Positions 40,825 through 53,889 of a stretch of 64,000 nucleotides of DNA are shown here, piece after piece. The notes beneath the pieces are model-generated. The model searched no databases and was not told where the DNA came from. It was given only the letters and a program-made list of their open reading frames with translations. The position numbers were made by a program, and so were the translations under genes. Positions within the stretch are counted from its first letter, which is position 1. Every line of letters begins with the position of its first letter. The DNA is taken from NCBI GenBank assembly GCA_964247055.1, contig OZ176056.1, forward strand, positions 2,480,001 through 2,544,000, given 5' to 3'. The DNA is from Paragordius varius (taxonomy: Eukaryota > Animalia > Nematomorpha).

Positions 40825-43800
40825 ATGTTGGTGTTGACGATTGTTTTGTATGTTAGTATCCTCATCGCGTATTCTCAATGTTTGTTGGAAGGTTAGCTTA
40901 TAAAGATTTTATAAGATGCGATTTATACTAAACTTTTAAATCAATATCAACATGTAATCATTCAGAAACCTAATAACTTTATTGAGTTTTTCAAAAATAT
41001 TTTATTTTTAATAAGATTATCTAAAAAGTATAAGTTTTTTGGGTTATTAACTACAATTATTGGATGAAAGCATTTATAATTGAATAATATTGTTTAATGG
41101 GAAAAAATCACAAAAAATTAGTTTAAAATTAAAATTTAATTTAAATAAATAAATTTATGCAAAATTTTTGGGTAAATTCAAACTTAAAAAGCTTAAGGAC
41201 ACACTTGTTCAAGGATCAACTTGGATGCTAAAGGACATTCTTGAACTGTAAATGATAATTAAATATTTTCAGTATTAGGACTAACAATTTTGGGGAAAAT
41301 AATGTTCTCTCATATTTTTAATGTCATATATAAAAACAGTATAGAGCAATTAAAAATGGTACACAAGCTGTTCTATGATTTTATTGGAATTTTAATTTTA
41401 CATCATGTAAGAGTTTGACACATTTTGTTTTTTTTTCAATTATTTCTCATTTATGGCGTTAACCCATTTTTTTGGATTCTGAATGCCCGTGGATTAGCCA
41501 CCTCCTCCAAATACAAACATATCAAGTGCACCCTAAAATATAACATGGAAAAACATTTTGAATCTAACTATATCATGAACTTGTTTATTTAGCTTAATCC
41601 AATCTTGCAAATAAATTTCGATAATAAATGATAATATGCGTGTGCTTTTTAATATTTGTGTATTCCTATTCGCAAATGATTTATAATAATTTATTAATAC
41701 AACTATCATATCTTAAAACGATAATAACCATTTTTTATCTTAGGTACCAACTGTCATTTTGGTAACGATGGGTAATTTTTTTATTAAATTTATTTCAATT
41801 CATTCCACATAACAACAATATGTTTTTTATAGGGGTTATTTGACTATTCAGCAGCAAAATATGATTCATGATAGCAATACAATGTTTTTTACCATAAGTT
41901 CCGAATGTTACGCCATAGCTGATCATTTAATGAACGAATACAGGGTTTTAAATATATATATTAACTAATAATTTTTTAATGTAGAATTAAGTATTATTAA
42001 AGATATTTGGCAATATTTATCGCATATTTATCATATTTTATGTTCATTCGTTCTTTAGTTTTATATCGATATACCAGCCAATATGCACCTTAAATATTTG
42101 GAAGGTATTGAAACCTACCCAGAAAACGGTGCATATTATGCTATTCGATCCAGATATCAATATGGCAAATTGTCGTATAACATTAGTGATATGGAAAATG
42201 AAATGCACAATTTTATAACGGAACATGACCCACCTGTTATACGGCGCGTAGATGTTTCACAGTCCATAAACTCAAAGGCATCAAAATATCAAGTTTTAGT
42301 TGCCATATAATTAATTTTAAATAACACAAAAAATTTATCCAAATAAAGAGAGGGATTTTATAAAATTCATATTTTAGCTATTATCTTTTTATTTTAGCTA
42401 AGTCTTAAAAAAGTACCTGGGAAACCGCCGAAATTGCAATATACGAAATATGGCCACACATTCGAACATATTATCGCCCCAAACTTAGTTAAAATTACCC
42501 GAATAATCTTTTCCATTCAGCCCGATTCTACTGGTTCACATCGCCATATAACACACGATCCTCCAATTAAAATTTGTCTTAGTTGTAATCAAACCCCAAG
42601 TAATTATATATAACATAGTAAAATTAACATATTTTGAACCAAGGCAGCCAAAACAATTGGCCCACCCTGCATTCACAAAATATTTGGACCTTTGATAAAT
42701 TTATACGGTTATAAATGATTATTTGAACCAATTATTCGTTGCTGAAATTCTTAAAATCTTTTGAGAATTATCATTAGATTTTGTAAATAGCACATTTTTC
42801 AAATTATGAATCTTCGCATTCATTAGGTAATTTACCGTCGCGAGCAGTACAAAGCATCATGAAGGGCCGCATGTTGGACATTTTTTGGACTAAATAATCA
42901 ATATATCTATACAGTAAAAATTGAACTTATACGGACAAAATGTAATAATATTAAGACAAATATTTATATCTAACATACTTTTATAAACCTTAATTTCTCC
43001 TATATAAGCTATTTAGTTACAATTGTAAAATATATAGAATTGATTGTGTTAGTAATGTATATCTATATTTCACACTTTACCATTTAAAACAATGAGTTAT
43101 ATTAAAATAAATCAATATTTAAAAGGTATGGTTGTATTTTACAAAAAAATCTTTGTAGAATTTTTACGTTTTGTCCGTATAATTAGAGTTTTTACTGTAA
43201 TAGACATGCATACCACGACGATTTAAAATTTTCTTTTAAAGTTAAAGTTACATTTAATTGATTAAAAATCGGAAAATTTAATATAAATATGGATATTTTA
43301 AGACTTTTACGATAAATTTATATTAAAAATTTACAAAACTAAAATATACTTTTAGAAATAAATTAATATTTGAACCTTTTACTGTGGTAATAATTCTATA
43401 AATATAGGAAATAAATTATAAGTATATAAAATACTGATATCAGATGTTTCGCGCATTTTTGTGTAATTATTATCTTATATGTGGCTCTCCTTTTATTTCG
43501 CCAGTTCATCATTGACATCATATATATGTATATATATAAATTTAAATTATAAACACATAATATTGACTAGGAAAAATATAAGTTTTCAAATAAAAAAATA
43601 TATTTCATAAAGTATTACTAACACTAAAAATTTAAATTTCTGCAATTAACGATTTTTCCTGGAATCATAAGGGTTATAGTAAGATTTAATCACAACCAAA
43701 AGATAAGACTTGCGTTCTTAATTAAATACCACACAAGATTTAAATTATTAATAGCGAAAAGACAAAATAGCCGAATATGGAATTTATTGAAACCAAATAT

Positions 43801-46800
43801 ATTTATTCTCTGACCCATATACTTAATATTATTAACATTACAAATTCAAAAAATTAATTACTAAATATTTCATATTCACCTTCATCACTGCATGTTTGAT
43901 TAACGGCCATTAAATTGTTTACACGAATTCCATTTAAACGGTTTCTGTGGGAATTAAGAACATATTTCTGCATAAAACTATGAAAAAAATTAAAAGGATT
44001 TTAATCGTGACCTTAGATTTTTGACTTGGTCGGAGCACAATCCTAGTTGCGATAATTGAAACATCTAAATTATTCTTTTTTAAAAAAAAATAGTTTTTAA
44101 GTTTTGTCTAATTTTATTGTATATAACAATATTTATTTATATATAATAGGTGAATATATCTTTTACAAAGATATATGCGCTTCAAAAAAGGTGGAATTAA
44201 ACAACATTTATTTAACTCTTCCGAACATTTATGGTAACACTATGCAAAGGTAAATATATATATATATATATTTTGATTTTTATTTGTACTATTGAATCAC
44301 GAAATTATTACATAGTGCCACCCCATGCCGCCATAATGCCCGCAAAACTATATGGCTCATGATCCTTCTCATGATACTTTTTGAATATATGGAATTAATT
44401 TCAATTTATATTCAGTTTTTTAATTGCTTACCGGTTATTTGGTAAAAAAATGTAATTTTATGGGGTGCAGGACAGTTAGGCGGATACGAAAAAATTTATC
44501 ATTGAAGTAATTTCAAGGTGTCTCTGGTTTTGCTGGGACGGAACAATGTCATGTATCAAAATGACTTTGCCCTTCGTTTTTCGATAAAATGCTTGGGTTT
44601 AAAATCATTTGTTAACGATATTGTGTATCCACCAGTTTGACAGAGGTTTGCAAAAGCTCATAATACACACTTGTCATCAATATGTATCGAAATTCGATGC
44701 AAAAAAATGAATTTCTTTCTTAGTCGTTGAAGCAGGATTCCACAAGTATTTTGCGATTTTTTTGACGTCATTAAAATTTTTGGGACCTAACTACTGAGTT
44801 TATTAATCTCTTTCCCATTGAAATTGAAGGACACATCAATTGATTCTTATTTGTGATACATTATATGCTTCTCCTAATAATTGGTAAGTTTGAGTTGAAT
44901 CATCCAATAACTCTCGTTTAACGTCTTTGCAGTTGTCTGGTTTCGAAAACCCTCCCAAAAAGCCTTATTCTTCTGATGACAATGCCTGCCGCAAATGTTC
45001 TTTTTAAGGCACAAAATTCGCATGATTACTTAATAATGAAAGCAAGAGAGTAGTGTTTAGGGAACTCAACTTGTGAGTGTTTATCGTAAAATGTCAAGTG
45101 AGAGCAAATTATAGCTAGTATCAAATAATCGTCTGCCTACTTACGGCTTCTCTTAGTTAAACGATAATAACTAATAATTACAGGTGCCATTAGCGTTGTG
45201 CCCATTAGTCAATGACCTAGGTCATGACCATGGTCATGACCACGAAAAAAAATGACCTAGGTCAATTTTTTTATTTTTTTAAAATTTTTATTTTTTTAAT
45301 TTTACGATTTTTGGTAAAACAAAACCTTATATTATCTCTATATGTATTATTTTGTTTTAAATATCATATGATACACATCTTTTCCTAAATCATAATGAAA
45401 TCAGCCTTGTGGAAATTTTCGATTAAAAAATTCAAGTTACATACAAGAAATGCAATTACCCTATATATATATATATATATTTAAATAAAAACCGAATGAA
45501 GAAACATCTAAAAGAAGTTCATGATGGTCGAAAGCAAGCTAATTATTTAGTTTCTTAATTTTAGTCTTAATTCTGTTTTCAAGAGAAAATAGCCAGAAAC
45601 ATTCAGCAAAATTTATTTTTACATCCTCAACTCTTAACATAGTTGAAAATAAACATTTACGGAGTTTCATCATAGTTTAAACCTAATTATGCTATTCCAA
45701 ATAGAAAACAGATTTCTAATAAATTACTAGATATATGTTATGAAGATATAAAAATAGAAGTTATTGGAATATGTAAAAAAATATTCATTAATCGTCGATC
45801 CCTTTATCAATATTCGTAGGGAGCAAATTAATATTATTTATTGAAGAATCGCAAAAATTTTTTATTAACTATTGACGCATCTTATCATAGTAAGACTGCC
45901 GAATATATCTATAACATATTATAACCAATTATAAACGAAATACAAAATTTAAAAAATTAATGCCATTGTGACCGATAATGCAGCGAACATGAAGGCTGCT
46001 GAATTGATTAATAAAGAATATCCTAATATAATATGGCATGGATGCCAATGTCATATTTTAAATAACTTGATCAAAGAATATAAACTTAATAAGATTAATG
46101 AAATTTTAAATGTAGTGAGCACGGTTATATATTAAATCTAATAAATCGTATAAAAAATTTCAAAGTATAAAAAAACTTTGAACCATTCCAGGTTAACGTT
46201 AAGTTCATGGACTTACACAATCTAAATAATTAGAGCATAAATAGGTTTCAATAAATCCATATTTTCTCGTTGCTCTTATCTTTCTGGGATTTGAAACTTT
46301 TTATAAGTCTTTATGTATGATTCCAGGAAAGATCGTTAATTTTAGAAATTTTTATCATAATTGGTGAAAATATAATTTTAAAAAAATATATACTTTATGT
46401 AAAAACCTTTTTTATGTGATTCAATCAATTATTTATGTATGTAATTATTTATTATTGGCAATAACATATGGTATGACCTAGGTCGGACCTAGGTCTGACC
46501 CCCTTTTTCAAAAAAGGGGGTCAAAATCACAACCCTAGGTGCCATACATTATTATACGGTTTTTTTGTATTTTTGGCTGAAAGCCATCCAAATCCTCATT
46601 ATTTAATTGTGGAAAAGTGCATGATAATTGGCATAAATATTTGTTTTCAAGGATATAAATTTCCAGCTTATGACTAATGGCCTGGTGTATATTGAAAACA
46701 AATACATTTCTAATGGTGCTTGAAAATTTGTTGACGAGTCATATATTTTAATAAACAATGATTTACACTTTTTCATAAATCTCCAATTTATAGCCTGAGT

Positions 46801-49800
46801 ACTATCACATTAAAAGCTCAGAATATTGAAACTATTCCAAACAAGTTAATTGTGCTGCAGTCTCCACAATTTATTCATAGAAGACACAATAGTACCAACA
46901 TGGAGTATTTATTAACAAACGAAAGTCGGGCTCAATTAAGGAACCTTAAAAACACGCTACGTCACACCATTGAAGTTTGAAATCAATATGATTACTAATT
47001 TTATTATTTTATTAAACAAAAAAGTTTGTTTGTAATATTAAATACGTTTTTAGCTAATATTTAACCACTTTTTGTTTTTAACAGTTTTACATTGATCTTG
47101 ATTGGAAAAGCATGATGCTACAACGAATATGCGGTTATAATATCACAAATGGAGAATTGGCCTACGGAGAGAAGGAATCGGATATAGCATTTTCTATCGA
47201 TTATAATATCCATTGTGTTAATAAGTCTCAATTAGCTCTAGATAACGTTGACGAATTAATTAAGGTTATTTGTGAGTTGATTATAAATTTGTGAATAAAT
47301 AAACTTTGATAAATAACAATATGGGATGTTTAAATAGGTTTAAGGCAAAAATCAATTTTTAAACCGATAAAATATGCTGAAATGTTTAATAACACGATAG
47401 ATATATAAAAATAAATCGTCCTGAATTTTTAGGGAGGATATAGTTTTGATTAAAATTTATATATATATATATATTTCGCATCTAGCAGTAATATCAGGTC
47501 ATTTTTTTATAGGTTGTAACTCATATCTAACACCTTTTCCCGATATCATTGTGTACAAAAAAATTTTTAATGAAAAATTTTTTTTTATGAGATATCTTAT
47601 GACCAGCGTATTCATTTGCCGCAAAAATTTTTATTTGTTGACAATCTATTTTTTGAAATATTGAGCGAAAATCGAAATCGGGCAAAAAGTGAAAATTAAG
47701 GATAATTAAGGATAATTTAAAAAATGATAAAATCTTAAATATTATCGTTTTTATCATTTTAGGAGATATTTTTAATATCTAAATAGCTTAAATCATATAG
47801 TTAGAATTTCTATAAAATTTCACGTCAAAAGATGGCGTTTTTCTTTTATCAAACTTGATAGACAAAAAAAATTAATGAAACTCTATTAAAATAATTTTTT
47901 TAAATTATTTTCTACCTAAACTCATTATAAAAATCTTAACATTTATATTTTATTCAGAAAAATAAACTTCTATATCAAAATAAAATCAAAAATATTGTTT
48001 TTCGATTTTGCATTTTTTTGTCATCTGGTTTATGAGTGTATAAAAAATTTATAGTGTTCTATTTTGGATCCAACAATCCGTATAAATCCCAATACAAATA
48101 TTAATTTGTCTTAAAACAGATTGTTACAGGAAATTGTAAGGATTTTTGGTTTATTCCACTAATTTTCATTCCTATTTTGCATAAATTATATACTTAATAA
48201 TTCCCACTCATGTAAGAATCATGTAAGAATCCAAAATAAACCAGTATAAATTTTTTATACACTCATAAACCAGATGACAAAAAATGCAAAAATAAAAAAC
48301 AATATGTTTGGTTTTATTTTGATATAGAAGTTTATTTTACTGAATAAAATATGAATGTTAAGATTTTAATAGTGAGTTTAGGTAGAAATAATTAATAAAA
48401 ATTATTAATATAGTTTCATTAATTATTTTAGTCTTTCAAGTGTGATAAAAGAAAAACGCCATCTTTTGACCTGAAATTATATAGAAACCCTAACTATATG
48501 ATTTTAGGCTATTTAGATAATGAAAATATCTCCTAAAATGATAATAAACGCTAATATTTCAGATTTTATCATTATTTTTGAATTATCCTTAATTTTCACT
48601 TTTTGCCCGATTTCGATTTTCTCTCAATATTTTAAAAACTAGAAACTGCCATCTTCAATCTATATGCATTTAAGTCACCCAAAACGTAACATGAATCCAA
48701 AATTTGATATTATATGTGCGAACGCTCTTATTTCCAAAGATTTCATAAATACACCTGAAATCCAACTTTTGAATTCGTTATTGTTCCAGTTATTATAATA
48801 ATACTAGTGAATTATTGCTAAAATGCCATCCTAAACGTTATACTTATGTATTAGTATAAATTTTTAGTATATATATAAATTCTATTGTCGTTATTAAATC
48901 CAGAGTTAAAACAAACAACCTATAAAACCCATAAATTTTATGACTGTCAATATGTAATCATGGGTCTCCAACTCCGAGATATTTTATGCGGGCCACGTAT
49001 AATTCGATTAGAGTGTCCTTGAACACTTCAAGTTGGTCCTTTAACTTTTTTATTTGTTTTTAATTTTTATCAATCTAACCCAGTGTATCATCCATATATT
49101 TTATTATATCAGTTCAGAAACCGTACGTTATTATTCAGTTTTTATAAAATATATTAATTAATATGGTTTAACATATATGAGTTTACTCGGTTATAAATTA
49201 AAATTTTTCGTTGAAAACATTTAGAAATGAATATTGTTGAATTCAAAAAAAAATAATTTGTAATAAAAAATTAGCAATTAAATGATAAATATTAATTTTA
49301 AATGAAAAAATATAATACATGCAAAAACGATGAATTTTAAAAAGTTTAAGGACAACTTGAAGTGTTCAAAGACCAACTTGAAATATTCAAGGATCAACTT
49401 CTACCTAAAGTTTTCATGGACACTCTTGAAGTGTAAATGGTATATTTATAAAATAAATCTTATATAAGTCTTTACAAATTTTGACGTTGCAGGTAAATTA
49501 AATATTGTTCTCCTTATTTTTACTGGTTCTAATATCCTTAATGGTGGCCTCGGGATTTTTGGGGTGAAAATTCCGCTAAGCCATTTATGTTGGGTACGCC
49601 TGGCTAATATCTTGGAATGTATATTATTATGGAACATCAGTGATTTTTAAATTTTGCTTATGCAAAAAACACCTAGTGTTAAAGGCAAAAATTAAATTTT
49701 TATTATATAGTTAGTGTGTGTGTTAAAAAATGTTGGTTATATTAATTAGTTGCGATTTTGGCAAGAATCTAACAAACTAATGATCTATCAATTTTATCCG

Positions 49801-52800
49801 AAATATGTTATTGCCAAGGCTGGACCCTTTAAGCTCGTTGATTTTATCACTAATATTGACTTTCAACAACGAGATATAAATCAAGCGCCTGAAACATCAA
49901 ACCATGCACTTCATTTTCATGCCATCTTATCAAAATGTTCTCCGACCCCAACTCAATTATCTGGTAAAACTTTACTTTTTACAGAGCACATCATTCATTT
50001 ATTTTTAAGAAATTATAAAGTTATTTGCAATATTTCTAGAATGGAATGGATTGACCCATGTATATGATCACTTTGAAAGTATATTATTTAATTAAAAATG
50101 ATATTTATATTATTATTATATTCAAATGTTACAAATACTATTTACACCTCAAATTAATCCTTATAAACATTTAAAATTTACCATAAAAATGATACATGTG
50201 TTTTTGGACAAATTTAACTACTTAATCTATGATATAAATATTTCTTTATGGCATAGCCATCAATTTATCTGTTTTGTATTAATATGTAAAAAATTTAATT
50301 ATGTATAAATCCAAAACTATGGGTAATTTTTGATCAGTGGTTGTTTAATTTTAAAAGTTTATTTATTTATTATAAAAGAGCCGGTATATGTGAAAGCCTT
50401 TTATTTACGAAATGCGGTGAAGAGGCCTGGTATATATAATATATGGTCGGGGAGTCCAATAAACCGTTTTACAGAGTAAGTAATTTTATTTTTATAATCT
50501 TTAATTTTATTAAATTTTTTAAATAAATAATTTGTGATATAGAGATCTTCCTTTATCCTACATGAATGTTGAAGGTCCAGGTATTTATGTTTCCTACAAT
50601 GGAACGTATACCTGTGAAAAATGTAACCGAAATAAAACCCGAACATGTCGAGCTTTTTCACCGACTATGGTTAAGTCTTTGAGGAAGGCTATGAGCAACT
50701 ACCAGATTAAAAGCCTCATTTACGTATGTGTCTTAATATATATATATATTATGCTGAATAAAATTTGGAAAAACCTCTATTTTTAATTTTTTAAACGAAA
50801 ATATTTAATATTTTTTATTTTTAACATATTAGCCATTTACCCTTAATTCGACTGTCGAAGATGTATTTGAAGATTGTACCTTTACTTTTATGAAAACAAA
50901 TGGACGCCTAGAAAGTATAACGGATAAAATGAGTCAAGTAAGTTTAAACTTTTGTTTGATACATTAAGAAACTTATGAGTTATAGGGTCGAGATGCTTAA
51001 TATTAGGTAATGGGTGTCATTCTTCTACGGTTAAAAAACAGAAACATCGGGCTAAATTAAAGTTAATTTTATTATTAAGGCCTATCGGAAATTTTTTCAG
51101 TTAGTAGTTGGTTATATAAAAACGCTTCCGGTGCTATCTTAGCCTCAATGGGTAAATATTCCATTCAATAATCGTATGCACTAAGGATTTTATTAACATA
51201 TAATATATTTATAAGTCCAAAGTAAATATAATTATTTTTTAAAGGCAAAATTTTCATACGCGATTCCATTAATTTGCCAATCAATTTTTGCTTATAGAGG
51301 CCTAAATTGTAAATAGTGATGTATGGGAACATATATAACACTGTACGTACGTTTATGCAAAAATAGCATTCGATAACTAAAAGCTTCAAACATATTGAAA
51401 TAAAAAATGCGGTTAACTGGCTAGAAAAAAGTTATTTTACATTTTCGGCTATTAGGCGAAATCGAATCGTATACCATAAAAAACGTGCCAAAGAATTTTA
51501 TTTGTTAAGATATACCATAAGGATAAAATTTATGAGGACCTTGGTAGAATCCTAACTTACATACATTATGTACATATTGGAATTTTCTCTAATCATTGTC
51601 TAAAAGATGTTAAAAGTTATAATTAATATAACAATATTATATTGATAATACATGGAATACTATAACTAGTGGACATGTCCCTCATGATCTCCAAAATTTC
51701 CTTTTCTGAGCATCCTCGATTCAAACTAGAGCTTATTAAATCTTTCCTTATTATACCATTAAATTTTGTTTTTGGTTGACAACTCAATCTCTTACCTTCG
51801 GCTTTAAAAATATAAATTTCCTTTGTTCTATAAAGCTCTCTCCTCTCTATATGCGCAAACCATCTCACTGTGCCATAGTTTTATCACTTATGATTCCAAA
51901 AACTGCTTTTATAGTTATTTTTGACTTTATTCCTGACTTCACTCATCTGCCTGGGAATTCTCATCCGTTTTATTCGCCCAGCTTGTGAGTTTATTATCAT
52001 GCTCGGCTGAATCACACTGCTATAAATCTTACCTCTAACTTAAGATATATACTGCACAAACTATATTGCTTTATGTGTTTTATGATAAGCGCTCAACTCC
52101 ACACCCAAATACCGTCAATTATTTTTAATATCCAATTTTGTCTTAAATCAAGATAGAGAAATCTATGCCGAAAGACACAAACTATGTTTTATTTTTGTTT
52201 ATCCTAAACTCACAAAATGAAAAATTTTAAGCTGTTTTGTTTGTACAAATAAATTCGAACTTCCAGTAATAAATATTTATATGCATAGATAAAAGTGCAC
52301 CTTCCTTAACATCAAGAACTAAAATCTATTTCTAAACTCCGTTTATAAATTGAAAACCATCAGATACTTCTTGTGCCTATCTGGCTAATTATTTCCTTTT
52401 CTAACTTCTCACTGCATGTAATTTTTCTAGGCATATATCCAAACTGATAACTCTCTATACTTAGTAACATTAATCATTCAATGAATTTTTAAATAACTTT
52501 ATAATATGAGGTCAAAGTTTATTGCCTCTGTGATTATTAGAATCTTACGCACCCCCCTCTTATATATAAACACCGTATTAGTGCCGTTCCGATAAGTTTG
52601 GTTAAATATTTTTGTCAATTATTTTCCAGTTTCAGACAACTGTTTCCAGCACTCAATGTTTATATCATCTGGCCCGGTATTTTTATTAACCTTTTTTATA
52701 TTATCCATGAAATAGCTTATGTCACATAAAAGTATGTTGCCAAATATTATAGATTTGTTTGGAACAACGACACGAAAACTTATCCTTGAGGTACAAAGAT

Positions 52801-52977
52801 GGTGAAAACAGAATTGTGCATCGAAATTATGATACATCTTTTTTATTAAATTTGAAATGTACAATAGAATCGGATAGGAACTCACTTTTAATAAATACCA
52901 TATTCAACAAGGGGATTCAACTTCATCATTTGTTGTATCCTATAGAAAGATCCAATATAAATACTAATCTGACATGA
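40825..52977 (+). CDS. Gene B: 14-exon predicted secreted glycoprotein of unknown family, 654 aa; paralogue of gene A
   Basis: Exons (plus): 40825-40891, 41744-41771, 41833-41944, 42059-42292, 42398-42599, 44150-44249, 46794-46974, 47085-47264, 49750-49963, 50040-50078, 50379-50475, 50543-50723, 50833-50937, 52753-52977. All introns are GT-AG with phases identical to gene A, total 1965 nt, open frame. Start MLVLTIVLYVSILIAYSQCLLE. All exonic indels versus gene A are multiples of 3, and there are synonymous differences such as CTT/CTC, CCG/CCA, ACG/ACA and TGT/TGC in exon 5. Confidence 0.88.
42912..43197. mobile_element. TA-flanked MITE, CAGTAAAAA family
   Basis: TA|CAGTAAAAATTGAACTTATACGGACAAAA ... 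TTTTGTCCGTATAATTAGAGTTTTTACTG|TA. Related copies at ~19090-19415 (inverted) and 8567-9115. Confidence 0.8.
44360..45180 (-). pseudogene. Degenerate mariner transposase remnant in gene B intron 6
   Basis: Minus-strand GKVILIHDIVPS and SYPPNCPAP resemble the mariner VILLHDNARPH and HPPYSPDLAP motifs. The 44980-45170 part is similar to 61660-61850. Boundaries are approximate. Confidence 0.6.
45191..46537 (+). mobile_element. Internally deleted hAT element in gene B intron 6
   Basis: TIR TAG(C/G)GTTGTG ... CACAACCCTA, perfect 8-bp TSD GGTGCCAT (45183-45190, 46538-46545) and subterminal TGACCTAGGTC motifs. Plus-strand fragment AIVTDNAANMKAAELINKEYPNIIWHGCQCHILN (~45960-46070) carries the hAT DNAANM and CxxH motifs. 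Confidence 0.9.
47645..48645. repeat. ~1-kb imperfect palindrome (arms ~425 bp, loop ~160 bp) in gene B intron 8
   Basis: 47645-48070 is the reverse complement of 48228-48645, for example TTGTCATCTGGTTTATGAGTGTATAAAAAATTTATA versus TATAAATTTTTTATACACTCATAAACCAGATGACAA. Confidence 0.9.
49010..49444. mobile_element. Variant 21-bp-repeat MITE (TTGAACACTTCAAGTTGGTCC units)
   Basis: Inverted subterminal 21-bp units and the same TAAATGGTATA right end. Fragments also at ~41190-41255 and ~8280-8311. Confidence 0.6.
51690..52720 (-). mobile_element. Old, heavily deleted RTE LINE remnant in gene B intron 13
   Basis: Minus-strand TGPDDINIECWKQL (start of the RT domain, ~52620-52680) and LRWFAHIERR...GKRLSCQPK (RTE C-terminus, ORF 51623-51868). 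Confidence 0.75.
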
Positions 52978-53382
52978 TCATGAAAAAATATTAAAATCAA
53001 TTGATAATAATGTGAAGGGTCCTCACCAAAAACTAAATAATTATAAATGGAAATGTGATTATTTTGTAAATAAATTATATATATTGCTTTCTGTATTTAT
53101 TACACTGCGATCGAAATTGGGGATCTATATGAATATCCTGATAAAATATATTTTTGCCAGATAAATGTATCAGGATATTTAACATTTTTGACAATTGCCT
53201 CACATCGAAATCGCAAAATTTTCGCAAATTATGCCAAATAAAATTTTTTGGTTAAAGCTTAATGCTTCATTTTAAAAAATATCAATAAAGATTTATAAAC
53301 TATCTAAAAAAGTAAAAAAATATTTTAAAAAAATTTAAATTTACATAAAATTTTTGAAATTGTTATATTAGGAATAATCACA

Positions 53383-53633
53383 TATACCATTTACAATTCA
53401 AATTCACCCTTAACAATTCAAATTCACCCTCAAATAAAATACATGTTTTTAGATTAAAAATTACCTAATATTTTTATATATTTTTAAAAAATAAAAATTT
53501 TGTTTAAAATTAAAATATAATTGAAAAAAGAATAAACTATGACCTAAAGATATATTTTTCATTAATAATGAGTTATATTAGTTCGAAAACACATAATTTA
53601 TTATTAGGGTGAATTTGAACTGTAAATGGTATA
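53383..53633. mobile_element. 21-bp-repeat MITE copy
   Basis: TATACCATTTACAATTCAAATTCACCC ... GGGTGAATTTGAACTGTAAATGGTATA. Confidence 0.75.
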
Positions 53634-53889
53634 TAAAAACATGAAATATATTAAAATCAATCGATTGTGCGTCCATATAAAAAAATTCAATTATAAATGA
53701 AAATGTATTTTTATTATGTTTATTTAATATATATTTTTAGAATTATAAATATTAAGTAGTTTACATATAATTTAGGTGCCCATGTTATAATTGCGCAAGA
53801 TTATTTTATAATTCTTTGTATAATTATTATAAATGTATATATGACTTTAAATCTATGAAGTGATTTAAATTAATAGACAAAACTTTTAC

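Noticed and set aside
42044-42226. Duplicated ORFs MFRYKIVHF/MFRYEIVHF, MKKLDMFGF/MKRLDMFGF and similar (also 21560, 21444, 21269, 16432, 16525, 50401)
   Set aside because: These are antisense or alternate-frame shadows of real exons of genes A and B, and their similarity simply reflects the gene duplication.
42293-42310. Conserved read-through VLVAI* after exon 4 as a short isoform
   Set aside because: The whole of intron 4 is conserved between the paralogues, so conservation of this peptide is not specific evidence.
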